This document shows positions 47,104-56,204 of a stretch of DNA of 64,000 nucleotides, one piece after another; position 1 is the stretch's first letter; each line of letters begins with the position of its first letter. The notes beneath the pieces are model-generated. The model saw only the letters and a list, made by a program, of their open reading frames with translations, was not told the DNA's origin and searched no databases. The stretch is from Vulcanimicrobiota bacterium (GTDB taxonomy: Bacteria > Vulcanimicrobiota > Xenobia > Xenobiales > JADMJV01), in assembly GCA_050250895.1 (NCBI GenBank), contig JBFWNU010000006.1, positions 247,513 through 311,512 of the forward strand. Reading direction: 5' to 3'. The translations under genes were made by a program, and so were the position numbers.

Positions 47104-47547
47104 GGCTCTTCGGGGTGGAACACGGAGACCACCCAGGCCACGGAGGAGGTGGCCGCAACCTTGGATGTGCGCGCTTGCTGATCTAATGGAGAGCGGGAGG
47201 CTCGCGGAGAGGTGAGCCCGGCTGGCGAATCGCGGGGCCCCGCCGAGCCCGACCAGGCCAGGTCATTGGCGACTGCCCGAACCGCAAGCCCACTTCCAGC
47301 TGGAAGACCGGCTAGTCCCAGCGGCCGCCGCGGGACCCCGGACTTCCGCGCGGAAGTGGTCCCGCCCACCTTCCGGCGGGGTGTGCGCCGCACAACCCTG
47401 GCCACGGCCGCCGCCGGGCCTGGTCAACCGGGCCAAGCCCAGACATTCGGTAGCCTGCGCGGCCGCATCGTGGCGCCCCCGGGCCCGGCGCGGTGTCGGC
47501 GGTCCCTCTCTGCGTCTCCGTCCTCGGCGGTTATTCTAGAAGGCGCC
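47104..47547 (-). ncRNA. OLE-like large structured ncRNA (shortened variant)
   Basis: Non-coding gap packed with stems; ordered minus-strand motifs TAGAATAA, GCCACGATG, CGAATGTCTGGGCTT, TGACCAGG, TTGTGCGGCGCACAC, AAGTCC, GGACTAG, CCAGC resemble my recollection of the OLE consensus; closing helix ACGGAGAC/GTCTCCGT. Confidence 0.6.
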
Positions 47548-47561
47548 GCCCGGAGGTGTGG

Positions 47562-49469
47562 TCAGTCGAGGCGGAAGTGAATCTCGTCCTGCAAAGGCTG
47601 GGGTAGGACCTGGCGCAGGCTCGGGTCCTCTGGCGGTCGCTCGCCGGTGAAGAAGGCCTCCAGCTGATCCCAGTGCTCATAGGCGGCCGTGCCGACCGTG
47701 CAGGCCAGGCCCACGGCCCCGATGATCGGGGGGATGACCATTCCGCCAGCCAGGGCCGAGATCAGCATCAGTCCACCACAGCCGATCTTGAGCCCGCCCA
47801 CGGTCATCTGCTTGTTGGCGTTGTGCTTGAGCTGATTGAGAATCTGCATCACTTTGGAGTAGTCCTCTTCGGCTTGCTCGAGTTGCGCGCCCGTCAATTC
47901 CTGGCCCAACCGCTCGTGCATGGCTTCCGTGACGGCGATGGCTCCCTCGACGATCGATTTGCTCGAGGCTCCGTGATGCAGGTCCATACCGCCGTCGACG
48001 ATCTGGAGGGCGCCGGCTACGCCGGTCATGATGCGGGCTACCTGGGCGGCTGACTGAGCCCGCTCGCCCAACCGCATGGCCTCGCCGCCTACGGCCCTGG
48101 CCTGTCCGGCCAGATTCTGGGCCTCGCCGGCCAGGGCGGCGGCCTGGGTCAGATTGCCGGCCTGGGCGGCTGCCTGGGCGGCTGCTTTGGCCGCCACGGC
48201 GGCGGCGCCGAGCGCCTGGGCGTTCTCGGCCAGCGAAAGGGCGTGGGCTCCGGTGAGCAGGGCTGCCCCCGAGTGGAGGGCGCCCCCACCTCCGGCGATG
48301 GCCGTGCCCGCCTGCAGGATGGCGTTGGTGTCGGCATCCTCGTCGATCAGTCCGGGGTTGGCCACGGCGTATTCCAGCACCGCCATCACCAGCGGGTGAC
48401 GAGCGGCGTAGCCGGGTTCGGCCGCCTCGATCTGGCGGGTAAGTTCGGCCATGTCGAGGCTATTGCGACCGACCACCTCGGGGGGGTCGACGGTCATGCG
48501 ATGGGTCACGATCGGTCCCTCGGTGGCCGTGGTCGTGCCGGTACGGGTGATGGTATAGTCCTCGAACAGGCCGCCATCGACCTCGGTCCGGTCGCGGCCT
48601 CGGTCGACGGTAACATCCGAACCGGTGCCTTCGATGGCCATACGATGCTCGTTGTAGCTGATGGTGTTGTGGCGACGCTGGCCATCCACCCGGATGAGTC
48701 CGGTGTGGTAGTCGACCTGATAGTCGTCGCTGCCCGGTCCGTCCACATGGACCACGCCGTTGGTCTCGGTCACGCGCCAGTTGAGATTGCCATCAGGGTC
48801 GCGGAACTGGACTCCGTCGCGCAGCACCTCGTAGGCGCTTTCGCCGTCGCGGTTCTGCAACTCGAGGCGGTCGCGGGTGGCCACGTAAATGTTGCGCCGA
48901 TAAGGGGACTCTTTGTGGTGGACGGTGTTGCCGAAGCGGGCCACACTCTGGTCATAGCCCATCGGGATATCGAGATTGACCTGACGGAAGTCCGAGACTC
49001 CCTCACCCCAGCCGGCAGCCAGCGACGGCACCAGGCTTAGATTGCCGTTGGCATCGTGAAAAATTCCGTGGCCCAGGTCGACGCCCACATCTGAGTAGGC
49101 AACGTCCCTCTCGTCGCTGCCTGCCCCGCGGCCGGCGTTGCTGCGAAGCTCGGTCTGTCTGAGCAGATCGACCCGTGGGGTGCCGTGGGGGAGGACGGTG
49201 ACGGCCAGGCCGTCGGTCTGGTTGATGGCCTGGGTCACCAGCGAGGTGGCCGGGGCGGCATGGGCGGCACCTGCGATGCCGGTCAACCCGGCCACACCGG
49301 CGCACAATCCAGCCACCGCTTTTTGCCAGGCGGATAGTCCCGGTGCTTCGGGATGGTCTTCGCCCGCGCCCAGGCGCACCGTGTCGAGTTCAATCTTCTG
49401 GGGCTCGCGAAAGGGAAGGCCTGTGCCTGGGGGTGGGGCGTGTCTTAAAGTGTTGTCGCTGCGAATCAT
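47562..49469 (-). CDS. Hypothetical protein with beta-rich middle, Ala-rich coiled coil and hydrophobic C-terminal hairpin
   Basis: GGGAGG RBS before MIRSDNT (49469); long GC3-biased ORF. Confidence 0.75.
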   Translation of the reverse strand: MIRSDNTLRHAPPPGTGLPFREPQKIELDTVRLGAGEDHPEAPGLSAWQKAVAGLCAGVAGLTGIAGAAHAAPATSLVTQAINQTDGLAVTVLPHGTPRVDLLRQTELRSNAGRGAGSDERDVAYSDVGVDLGHGIFHDANGNLSLVPSLAAGWGEGVSDFRQVNLDIPMGYDQSVARFGNTVHHKESPYRRNIYVATRDRLELQNRDGESAYEVLRDGVQFRDPDGNLNWRVTETNGVVHVDGPGSDDYQVDYHTGLIRVDGQRRHNTISYNEHRMAIEGTGSDVTVDRGRDRTEVDGGLFEDYTITRTGTTTATEGPIVTHRMTVDPPEVVGRNSLDMAELTRQIEAAEPGYAARHPLVMAVLEYAVANPGLIDEDADTNAILQAGTAIAGGGGALHSGAALLTGAHALSLAENAQALGAAAVAAKAAAQAAAQAGNLTQAAALAGEAQNLAGQARAVGGEAMRLGERAQSAAQVARIMTGVAGALQIVDGGMDLHHGASSKSIVEGAIAVTEAMHERLGQELTGAQLEQAEEDYSKVMQILNQLKHNANKQMTVGGLKIGCGGLMLISALAGGMVIPPIIGAVGLACTVGTAAYEHWDQLEAFFTGERPPEDPSLRQVLPQPLQDEIHFRLD

Positions 49470-49564
49470 CGGTATGGGCCTCCCTGAGTTGAGCTGACCG
49501 AGGTCGCGAAGGCGCGCGGAATCGCCCCCTTTGGGACGGCGGTTCCAAGACATAAGAACGCCAT
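49466..49564 (-). CDS. Possible 32-aa upstream leader ORF
   Basis: AGGAGG-6 nt-ATG; MAFLCLGTAVPKGAIPRAFATSVSSTQGGPYR; stop overlaps the next start (ATGA). Confidence 0.35.
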   Translation of the reverse strand: MAFLCLGTAVPKGAIPRAFATSVSSTQGGPYR

Positions 49565-49621
49565 CGAGACCTCCTGCACGGATCGATGGCTAGAGACTAG
49601 ACCTGGCGCGTCACAACCGCG

Positions 49622-50470
49622 TTAAAGGTTGCGACGGGCACCCAGATAGCGCTTCTTGAAATAGGGCTCGTCGAGGCTGCTGATGGTCACCTGCTTGGCG
49701 CGTGAAGAGGCGTGAATGAAGTGGCGCTGACCCAGATAGATACCCACGTGGGAAGCCCCGGGAGCGTAGGTCTCGAAGAAGACCAGATCGCCGGGTTGCT
49801 CGTGACCGTTGGCGATCACCTCGCCCACCTTGTACTGGATATCGGCGGTGCGAGGAAGTTTCACTCCGTGGCGGGCGAAGACCAGTTGGACGTAGCCCGA
49901 GCAGTCGGCACCGGTGGGAGCCTCTCCGCCCCAGACATAGGGGACGCCCATCAGGCTCCGGGCCGTCTTGAGCAGGCCGAACAGGGCCCGCCCTCGGCGC
50001 GAAGAGAGGCTGCGCCGCCGGGGCTGGGGTTCGCCGCGGCTGGGAATTTCGATGACTCGGCCGTCGTCGGTGATGAGCACACTCTGGGCCGAGCTGTGAG
50101 CCGGCTCCTGGCCCGCGACGGCATACTGCTCGAGCATTTTGAGTTCGAGGTTGGTGGTGTCTTCCGTCTCGACCGCAACCGGTTTGGGAGCGGCCGGTCG
50201 GGGGGCGCTGGCTTTGATCTTTTCCCAGTCGACCTGGGTCTCGGCCTGTTTGAAGTTGGGGTTGGGCACGCAAAGCAGATCGCCGGGTTTGACCCGGGCC
50301 TCATCGAGGTTGGGATTCATGGCCAGGATGGTGCCGCGGTCGCTCTTGAAGTCGAGGGCGATACTTACGATCGTGTCTCCGGATTTTACCCGGTAGTAGG
50401 TGTAGTATTCTTCTGTAAACCCAGGACACCAGAGTAGGGCTAGCAGCGCTAGCGTAATCAATCTTCTCAT
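49622..50470 (-). CDS. LysM + NlpC/P60 cell-wall peptidase
   Basis: Signal peptide; YRVKSGDT LysM; GVPYVWGG..DCSG, PGDLVFF, HVGIY, FIHAS. Confidence 0.92.
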   Translation of the reverse strand: MRRLITLALLALLWCPGFTEEYYTYYRVKSGDTIVSIALDFKSDRGTILAMNPNLDEARVKPGDLLCVPNPNFKQAETQVDWEKIKASAPRPAAPKPVAVETEDTTNLELKMLEQYAVAGQEPAHSSAQSVLITDDGRVIEIPSRGEPQPRRRSLSSRRGRALFGLLKTARSLMGVPYVWGGEAPTGADCSGYVQLVFARHGVKLPRTADIQYKVGEVIANGHEQPGDLVFFETYAPGASHVGIYLGQRHFIHASSRAKQVTISSLDEPYFKKRYLGARRNL

Positions 50471-50533
50471 GGATGCCTCCCCGGTGGGGACTTTACCAGG
50501 AAACCCCTGGTCGGCGCAAGTCCGCCAGTCCTC

Positions 50534-51664
50534 TCACGCGGTGGCCAGTTCTCGAAAGGCCGCCTCTACCCTGTTTCTTCCCTTTTCTTTGGCGCGATAG
50601 AGGGCCTGATCGGCGGCCTCGAGCCACTGGCTGATCTCTTGTCCTTCCCCCAGCTGGGCCGCTCCGATGGAGATGGTGACCGTGAGACCGGCCACCGGAG
50701 CCCGTTCGATGGCCGCTCGGATCCTTTCGGCCACCACCACGGCTGCGTCGAGGTCGGTCTGGCGCAGCAGCAGACAGAACTCCTCGCCCCCATAGCGAGC
50801 CAGGCTATCGTCGAGGCGCGCATTGCTCGAGATCAGGCCGGCTACCTCGGCGAGCACCCGGTCGCCCTGCTGGTGACCGTGCTGGTCGTTGACCTGCTTG
50901 AAGTGGTCTATGTCCAGCATCAACACGGCCAGGTTGCTGCCCTCGCGGCGGGCCCTGGCGACACTGGTCTCGAGCAGTTCGCGCAGGTGGCGACGGTTCC
51001 ATACCCCGGTGAGTCCGTCGGTGGTGGCCTCGAGGGCCCTTTCGGCGGTGGCGTGGACCGTCTGGCGAATCTGAGTGGAGATCATCTGACCCAGGATGCC
51101 GCTACCAATGAGCAGCATGGCGTGGTTTCGAATATGCGAAAAGTCGCCAGCCGGCAACTGATAGACTCTGACTGCATCAAAACCCATATAGCAGAGCAGC
51201 ACTCCCGAGTTGACCAGGATTCCGAATCGGGTTACCTCGCTAAACCGCATGCCAGCGGCGATGATCAGCATGTAGAGGCCGGCCACCCCCGAGCCCTGCA
51301 AGACCATCTGGTGGTCATCTTGCGGGGTCGAAAAGAAGACCATGACCGGCAGGGACAACAGAATGGCGTCAAAACCCACCGAGGCATAGGCCAGGGGTGC
51401 CGCTGCCAGGTTGGGATTGCGGTCGATGAGATAGATGACCACCAGCGAATAGAAGGCCGCCACTACGACTCCGCCGAGCAGCCATCCGAAGCCGGGCGGC
51501 GGAGCACCGCCGACGGCCATCCCCATGTCGTTGACATGCAGGCCAAGAAACAACAGGGCCAGGGACCCGCGGAACAGGGCGATGCGGCGTTCGACCCCCC
51601 GGGCGGATTCCTCCAGGATCCTCTCGACGATACCGGGGGTAGGACTGGACTGTTCTGCGCTCAC
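50534..51664 (-). CDS. Membrane-bound diguanylate cyclase (GGDEF)
   Basis: Several TM helices; D.LTG..NRR, DIDHFK.VND..GH..GD, RLDD I-site, GGEEF. Confidence 0.92.
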   Translation of the reverse strand: MSAEQSSPTPGIVERILEESARGVERRIALFRGSLALLFLGLHVNDMGMAVGGAPPPGFGWLLGGVVVAAFYSLVVIYLIDRNPNLAAAPLAYASVGFDAILLSLPVMVFFSTPQDDHQMVLQGSGVAGLYMLIIAAGMRFSEVTRFGILVNSGVLLCYMGFDAVRVYQLPAGDFSHIRNHAMLLIGSGILGQMISTQIRQTVHATAERALEATTDGLTGVWNRRHLRELLETSVARARREGSNLAVLMLDIDHFKQVNDQHGHQQGDRVLAEVAGLISSNARLDDSLARYGGEEFCLLLRQTDLDAAVVVAERIRAAIERAPVAGLTVTISIGAAQLGEGQEISQWLEAADQALYRAKEKGRNRVEAAFRELATA

Positions 51665-52836
51665 TTGGCACGCTCGGTGGTGTAACGGTCGAGCGTCTGA
51701 CCGGCCGTGCCGATAGCCTCGTAGGTCACCTGGTCGTCGCCCACGTCAACCATCCAGACATGCGCGCGGCTGGCGGCCGTGGCCTCATACCAGCGCAAAG
51801 CAGGGTCCACGCTACGCGGGGGGCGCCCCCAGCAGCCGTCTCCCAGATAGACCGTGCCCTGTTTGGCGATTTTGTTGGCTTTGAGTGGAGGCGTCCGCTT
51901 GAGGGTGTGGTCGTGGTTCTCGAAGGCGGCCGTCAGCCCGAAGCGATCGAACAGGGGGACCCAATGACTTCGACCCTGCTCGGAATAGTAGTCGCCATAA
52001 CCTCGATGGGATGGATAGCAGGGCACATGGTAGAGGGCAAACTTCCAGGGGCTGCGGCACTTCTCGAGAGACTGTCGCAGCCATTGACTCTGAGTTCCAC
52101 CATGCGGGCTCACATGGCCCGAGTCGAGGACAAAGACCGTGACCTGGTCGCCGAGACTGCGCTCGAAGTAGCTGTCGGCATGTTGGCGGAGAAAGCCGAA
52201 ATAGAATGGGGCCTTCTGTTTGCGCTGGCCAAACGAGCCGGCCACGTCGTGGTTGCCGATGGCCGCGATGAAAGGGATGGTCAAACCGTCGGGGGTGACC
52301 ATGTTCTTTTCCCAGTTGTCCAGCCAGCGGTCCCAGAAACCGTCGCGCCGCAGATCACCATCGGCGTAGGCGATATCTCCCCCTACCAGGGCGACCATGG
52401 GCGAACGGCGGGCAGCCTGTTCGAGCAGTTGGACGGTCTCGGGTTCGAAATACATGTCTCCGCCGGTTACAAAGCGCACCGGACCCTGGCTGGGTAGGGT
52501 CTTGAACTTGCGCTTCGAGCAGAACCCGTCGGTGGGGTCGCCGGCCTGAAAGTGATACACCTGGCCGGGCTCAAGACCACGCAGGGTGGCCACGTGAATC
52601 CGCCGCGAACTCGACAGCCACTGGTAACTGGTGGCCGCCTGGCGTTGCTCGAGTTGATCGGGCCGTTGTCCGTAGCGCACCTGCGGTTGGGCGACCCGGC
52701 CGCGGGTCTGGAAAATGACCGTCATGGTGTGGCTGGTGTCAGGATCTTGCCAGGTCAAGTAGACATGGGTGGGTGCCGCCAGCGCCGGGCCGGCCAACCA
52801 CAGGAACAGGACCAGTAGTAACCGCTTGGAAAACAC
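51661..52836 (-). CDS. Purple acid phosphatase-like metallophosphoesterase with FN3 domain
   Basis: Signal peptide; GGD, GGDIAY, GNHD, YHVP, ENHDH. Confidence 0.88.
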   Translation of the reverse strand: MFSKRLLLVLFLWLAGPALAAPTHVYLTWQDPDTSHTMTVIFQTRGRVAQPQVRYGQRPDQLEQRQAATSYQWLSSSRRIHVATLRGLEPGQVYHFQAGDPTDGFCSKRKFKTLPSQGPVRFVTGGDMYFEPETVQLLEQAARRSPMVALVGGDIAYADGDLRRDGFWDRWLDNWEKNMVTPDGLTIPFIAAIGNHDVAGSFGQRKQKAPFYFGFLRQHADSYFERSLGDQVTVFVLDSGHVSPHGGTQSQWLRQSLEKCRSPWKFALYHVPCYPSHRGYGDYYSEQGRSHWVPLFDRFGLTAAFENHDHTLKRTPPLKANKIAKQGTVYLGDGCWGRPPRSVDPALRWYEATAASRAHVWMVDVGDDQVTYEAIGTAGQTLDRYTTERAK

Positions 52837-52879
52837 GTCCAGGTCTGTTTTGGGCCGAGGTCCAGGTTTCCTGGTGGAC

Positions 52880-53662
52880 CTACTGGTCGGCGAGGTTCCA
52901 GATTCTGCTGCTGGCCCCTGGATGAGTAAAACTATCCTCGGCTTCGCAGGTCTTGAGAAAGTTGACCGCCCCGCTCAGGCCATAGCCCAACCTTTTGAGG
53001 GTGTCGATGCCATCGCCGTCGGCCTCGAATTCGGCCTGATGATAGAAACGATTTAGCCTGGCTTCATAAAGGCTGTGGCGCAAGCCGCTGGCTTGTTCCA
53101 TTCTGGCTTCCCAGGCCAACCGTTGAGCGTCGTGGCCGCGCCGGAGATGTCCTAGTTCGTGACCCAGCACGAAGAGAACTCCGGTGTCTGGATTTTGGTC
53201 GAGAATTCCCCGACTGATATAGACCGAGCCGTCCGAACAGCATTCGCCGGCAATCTTGTCGGTGTCGAGAACCTTGAAAGTGTATTCCATTCCGGAGCGG
53301 CGTTGGGTGGGCAAGGCCTGCTCGCCCAACCTCTGCAAGCGGGCGTTGAGCTCGGGGTCGTGGTCAACCCCATAGGTCTTCTCGAGCGACTCGGCGTCGC
53401 GGTGGCCGGCCAGTTTCTCGGCCTCGGGGGAGAGGGGCGGGGGTTCGCTGACGAAGAGCAGCGCTCCCACCAGATCCTGCGCCAGTCGGGCCGCGGTCTG
53501 ACCGGCAGCCTGCAGCAAGCTCGGCGCTGGCGGTCGGGGGGGAAGACTGAGTTCGCTTAAGTCAGCCCGGTCTGCCGGCGCGCTCTCGGGCGTAGGGCCG
53601 GTGGCAGCCAGGGGCCGGGAAAGCGGCATCTGGTATGGAAAAGCGAGGGGTCTGATCTCCAT
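52880..53662 (-). CDS. M48 family metallopeptidase with disordered N-terminal extension
   Basis: GHELGH, EFEADGDG, FTHP...RI. Confidence 0.85.
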   Translation of the reverse strand: MEIRPLAFPYQMPLSRPLAATGPTPESAPADRADLSELSLPPRPPAPSLLQAAGQTAARLAQDLVGALLFVSEPPPLSPEAEKLAGHRDAESLEKTYGVDHDPELNARLQRLGEQALPTQRRSGMEYTFKVLDTDKIAGECCSDGSVYISRGILDQNPDTGVLFVLGHELGHLRRGHDAQRLAWEARMEQASGLRHSLYEARLNRFYHQAEFEADGDGIDTLKRLGYGLSGAVNFLKTCEAEDSFTHPGASSRIWNLADQ

Positions 53663-53736
53663 TTTTGCCCCCTTAGTCTAGCACACTTGCTCGCTGACGG
53701 CGAGGGTTCAGGGGCAACCTATGGAAATAGCCCGGG

Positions 53737-54132
53737 ATGGAACAAAATCTTCCCCCCGGACTTCCCTCTGAAGCTCTCGAGAGCTTTAGCCGCCTGCTCG
53801 AGTTTCCTCTCGACAGTCAGCAATCGATGCAGGAGGCGGTCGATCGGTATCTGGCTCAGGTCGCTACGGCTTCGCGTCGGGACAAAATGGTAGTCGATGT
53901 GGGCCTGGCCCAGGCCATCGCTCTGGCCCTCAAGAACCTTCTAGGCTACAATCCCGCCACGGTGCCCAACCAGCAGCAGCGCTGGATCCAGGCTGCCACC
54001 CGCTACTTCTTCTTGGACGACGATTCCGAACCGGACACTTCGTCGGTGATCGGCTTTGATGACGATGCGGCGGTGCTCAACGCCGTGGCCACGGCGGTGG
54101 GACGCAGCGACCTGGTGGTAAGTATCGGTTAG
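53737..54132 (+). CDS. DUF1232/YkvA-like hypothetical protein
   Basis: 'A.RYF...DD.EPD....IGFDDD..V' motif. Confidence 0.6.
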   Translation: MEQNLPPGLPSEALESFSRLLEFPLDSQQSMQEAVDRYLAQVATASRRDKMVVDVGLAQAIALALKNLLGYNPATVPNQQQRWIQAATRYFFLDDDSEPDTSSVIGFDDDAAVLNAVATAVGRSDLVVSIG

Positions 54133-55223
54133 TGCACCTGCTCCCCGGTCAGAATTACGATTGTTTGCGCTGCGGTCGCAGCTGCACCTCGAGTTGGCGC
54201 GTGCCGGTCGACCACCGTTACGCTGCTCGGTTGCTGCCCCTGCGGTTGGTGGACAACGCCTTCGAGCCGTGTGAGGGTGGCCTGGCTCTGCGCCTCGAGG
54301 GGGAACGCTGCGTGTTTCTCGATCAGGGGGCCTCGTGCCGCATCCACGCCCAGCTTGGTGCCAGTCAAAAGCCCACCACCTGTCAGCTCTTTCCCTTTCT
54401 ACCCGTAGAAACCCCGGACGGTCTGTTCGTGGGCGCCTCATTCTATTGCACCGCCATTGCCCAGAATCACGGCCGTCCCCTGGCCGAGCACAGTCAGGAT
54501 ATTGCCCGTCTGGGTCCCTATCCCCGGGTAGGTTTCGAGCCGGCCCGGCTCGATGGCCAGTGCCGGTTGGGCTGGGATGTCTACCGCCGGTTCGAACACG
54601 AGTTGAAGGCACGCTTGTCGGGCCGGGGGCTGGGGCAGGCCTTCTGGAGCCTCTGCTGGTGGCTTTCAGGCGAGCCCGGGTCTGAACTGGTCGACCTTGA
54701 AGCGGCCCTGGTCGAGGGCCCGGCCGACCCATTTCTCAACTGGCTCGAGGTGGCCTCACTTCGCTCGCTGTGCGCCCGCATCGAGGCGCCCGGCGCCGGC
54801 CTCGAACTGCTGGCTGCTCTCGAGCAGGACGCACCGGTCTGCTTGCAGGGCCGCTTCACCGGTCGCCCTTCCGAATTGGTGGAATTCATGCAGCGGAGCG
54901 GTCCCAGTCCACTGGTCGAGGAAGTCATCGTGCGTTATCTTGAGGGTTTGTTGTTTCGCAAATTCTTGCTGCTGCGCGGCACGGTGCTCGAAAATCTCCT
55001 GCTGATGCATATGGTGACGCATCTGATGCGCTTTTATTCAGCCGCCTTCGCCATGGCCGGGGGGCGCCGTCAGGTCGAATCGTCAGACGTGTACGAAGCC
55101 CTCGATTTGATGGAGTTGGTCTTACTGACCCACTCCGCCGAGGGCTTCGTGGTGGCACCGAACCTGGTGCGATTCTATCGCGATCGAGCCGAAGCTTTGC
55201 GTCAGACAGGCACCGAGTCGTAG
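54132..55223 (+). CDS. YkgJ/FliB-like cysteine-cluster protein
   Basis: CLRCGRSC, CVFL, CRIH, KPTTCQLFPF. Confidence 0.85.
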   Translation: MHLLPGQNYDCLRCGRSCTSSWRVPVDHRYAARLLPLRLVDNAFEPCEGGLALRLEGERCVFLDQGASCRIHAQLGASQKPTTCQLFPFLPVETPDGLFVGASFYCTAIAQNHGRPLAEHSQDIARLGPYPRVGFEPARLDGQCRLGWDVYRRFEHELKARLSGRGLGQAFWSLCWWLSGEPGSELVDLEAALVEGPADPFLNWLEVASLRSLCARIEAPGAGLELLAALEQDAPVCLQGRFTGRPSELVEFMQRSGPSPLVEEVIVRYLEGLLFRKFLLLRGTVLENLLLMHMVTHLMRFYSAAFAMAGGRRQVESSDVYEALDLMELVLLTHSAEGFVVAPNLVRFYRDRAEALRQTGTES

Positions 55224-56110
55224 GCCCGTAGCTCCTGAGCGAATCCGCCGCCCTGGACGTACTGGATGATGGTGCTGTAGCGGCTCAGGTTGTCGATGGT
55301 TCCGCTGTTGATGACGTCGTTGAGGCTCAAAGCTCCACTATTGAGGGCCTGGGTGATGGCGCCGATCGTCTGGACATCGGACTGTCCTACTCCCGGCCGG
55401 TTGGCCAGATTGCCCAGGCCGCGCGAGAGCAACAGGTTCTTCAAGCCGGGGTTGTTATAGTTGCCCGGCCCACCGAACTTGTTGCCTTTGAAGACCGAGG
55501 CGACTTGCATGAAGAGTTGGGCGTCGGGAGCCATCTGGGAAAAGGCGTTGGCGCCGTAAGCCATCCCCTGGGGAGTAAGGGGGTCGGCGCCGGCCGCGTA
55601 AGCCGCAAACTGGTAGGCGTAGTCGCGAGCCAGGCCGGCGCTCCACAGCGACGGGTCTTGAACACGTCCAAAGCGGGTGCCCGGAATGGCGTCGCCTTGC
55701 GAGATGCCGGTGCGGCCCTGCAGGGCGCCGCCGGCCACCTGAGCCTGCAGATAGCTGGCGAACTCGTTGGGGTCTGACGGGAAGGGAGGCGCGATGCCGC
55801 CGGTCTGGGGAAAGCCGCCGCCGCCACCGTAGACCGGATAGCCGCCTCCGCCACCGTAAACGGGATAGCCACCGCCACCACCGGGGTAGGGACTGGGCCC
55901 GGGATAGCCACCGCCACCGGGAACCCCTCCGCCAGCGAAACCGCCCCAACCCTGCGAAAGTTGGGAGAGTGCGCTCAGCAGTGTGCCCAGCAACTGCACG
56001 ATGTTGCCAGGAAAGAAGCTGCCTCCTCCGATTTGGGCTGGACCAAAATAGCCGGATGGCCGGGCTTGTTGGGCGACAAAGGGTTGGCCGCCGAGACCTT
56101 GAATGCTCAT
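55202..56110 (-). CDS. Glycine-rich, cysteine-free hypothetical protein (harpin-like composition)
   Basis: GGGGGA RBS; GGGGGYPVY tandem repeats; extended -10 TGGTATAAA upstream. Confidence 0.8.
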   Translation of the reverse strand: MSIQGLGGQPFVAQQARPSGYFGPAQIGGGSFFPGNIVQLLGTLLSALSQLSQGWGGFAGGGVPGGGGYPGPSPYPGGGGGYPVYGGGGGYPVYGGGGGFPQTGGIAPPFPSDPNEFASYLQAQVAGGALQGRTGISQGDAIPGTRFGRVQDPSLWSAGLARDYAYQFAAYAAGADPLTPQGMAYGANAFSQMAPDAQLFMQVASVFKGNKFGGPGNYNNPGLKNLLLSRGLGNLANRPGVGQSDVQTIGAITQALNSGALSLNDVINSGTIDNLSRYSTIIQYVQGGGFAQELRAYDSVPV

Positions 56111-56204
56111 TCTTCCCCCGAATGATGAATTGACCCCGCGGGGCTATGCTTTTTTATACCACGCCAGCCCAAACAAGTTAAGAGCTCAAATGTTAACAAA
56201 CTTG

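Noticed and set aside
47060-47220. CsrB/RsmZ-like sRNA on the plus strand (GGA motifs in hairpin loops; some stems pair better with G-U on plus)
   Set aside because: No plus-strand promoter or terminator seen, and the ordered OLE-like motifs favour the minus strand; kept only as an alternative to test by stranded RNA-seq
47040-47561. RNase P RNA, tmRNA or SRP RNA as identity of the structured gap
   Set aside because: Fragments such as GGAAGTCCGGG and CAGAGAG..ACCGCCGA resemble RNase P but are out of order and the 3' ACAGAA..CGGCTTA is absent; no tRNA-like ends or SRP loop
47046-47580. ORFs 47046..47405 (-) and 47212..47580 (+)
   Set aside because: Arg/Pro/Ala-rich low-information translations without RBS or codon bias, typical of GC-rich structured RNA
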